Assembly (NCBI RefSeq): GCF_006345805.1
Contig: NC_043000.1
Span: 92,938,001 to 93,002,000, forward strand
DNA from: Octopus sinensis
Taxonomy: Eukaryota
Direction of reading: 5' to 3'
DNA: 64,000 nt
In this document: piece by piece, positions 63,783 through 64,000 of the stretch
Numbering within the stretch: the stretch's first letter is position 1
Layout of the letters: each line of letters begins with the position of its first letter
Program-made: the position numbers and the translations under genes
Notes under the pieces: generated by a model
The model's input: the letters and a program-made list of their open reading frames with translations, nothing else
Told to the model about the DNA's origin: nothing
The model's database searches: none

Positions 63783-64000
63783 TGTGCCTAGAGTAGAATG
63801 GATTATTTTGGGTAAGGTGGCAAGCTGGCAGAATTGTTAGCCTGCCAGGATAAATGCTTAACGGTATTTCGACCATCCTTACATTCTGAGTTAAATCCAG
63901 TTAGATCAGATATCCTTTATGTAAATCCATGATCAGAAAGGATGGTTAGGTAAAACATCATGGTGAGAGAGAAGAAAAGAATGATTATGCAGTACATTCT

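Overview
AT-rich, microsatellite-dense, intergenic/intronic eukaryotic DNA. The SINE set looks like that of a cephalopod (probably Octopus); this is inferred from repeat content only. No intact host gene is visible, and most ORFs in the track are microsatellite artefacts. The window is a mosaic of at least five tRNA-derived SINE families, LINE remnants (R4/Dong, RTE, CR1/L2, Penelope-like, and a young Tx1/L1), Tc1/mariner remnants, piggyBac-like and fold-back MITEs, one 100-N gap and a 1.17-kb near-identical tandem duplication. Highlights: (1) a ~0.9-kb insertion (62892-63782) that splits a SINE and is bounded by a TGTGC repeat; it carries the C-terminal dsRBD coding sequence of Dicer and ends in an RTE-type SINE tail with (ATG)n, so it looks like a chimeric Dicer retrocopy; (2) at least seven minimal type-I hammerhead-ribozyme-like motifs in four or more small non-autonomous families (retrozyme/Penelope-like), one fused to a tRNA-derived head; (3) a young Tx1 element inserted in (GATA)n and flanked by a ~300-bp direct duplication; (4) a tRNA-Ser(GCT) derivative lacking the long variable arm and fused to a LINE-type tail. 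All coordinates were read by eye; repeat boundaries are approximate.
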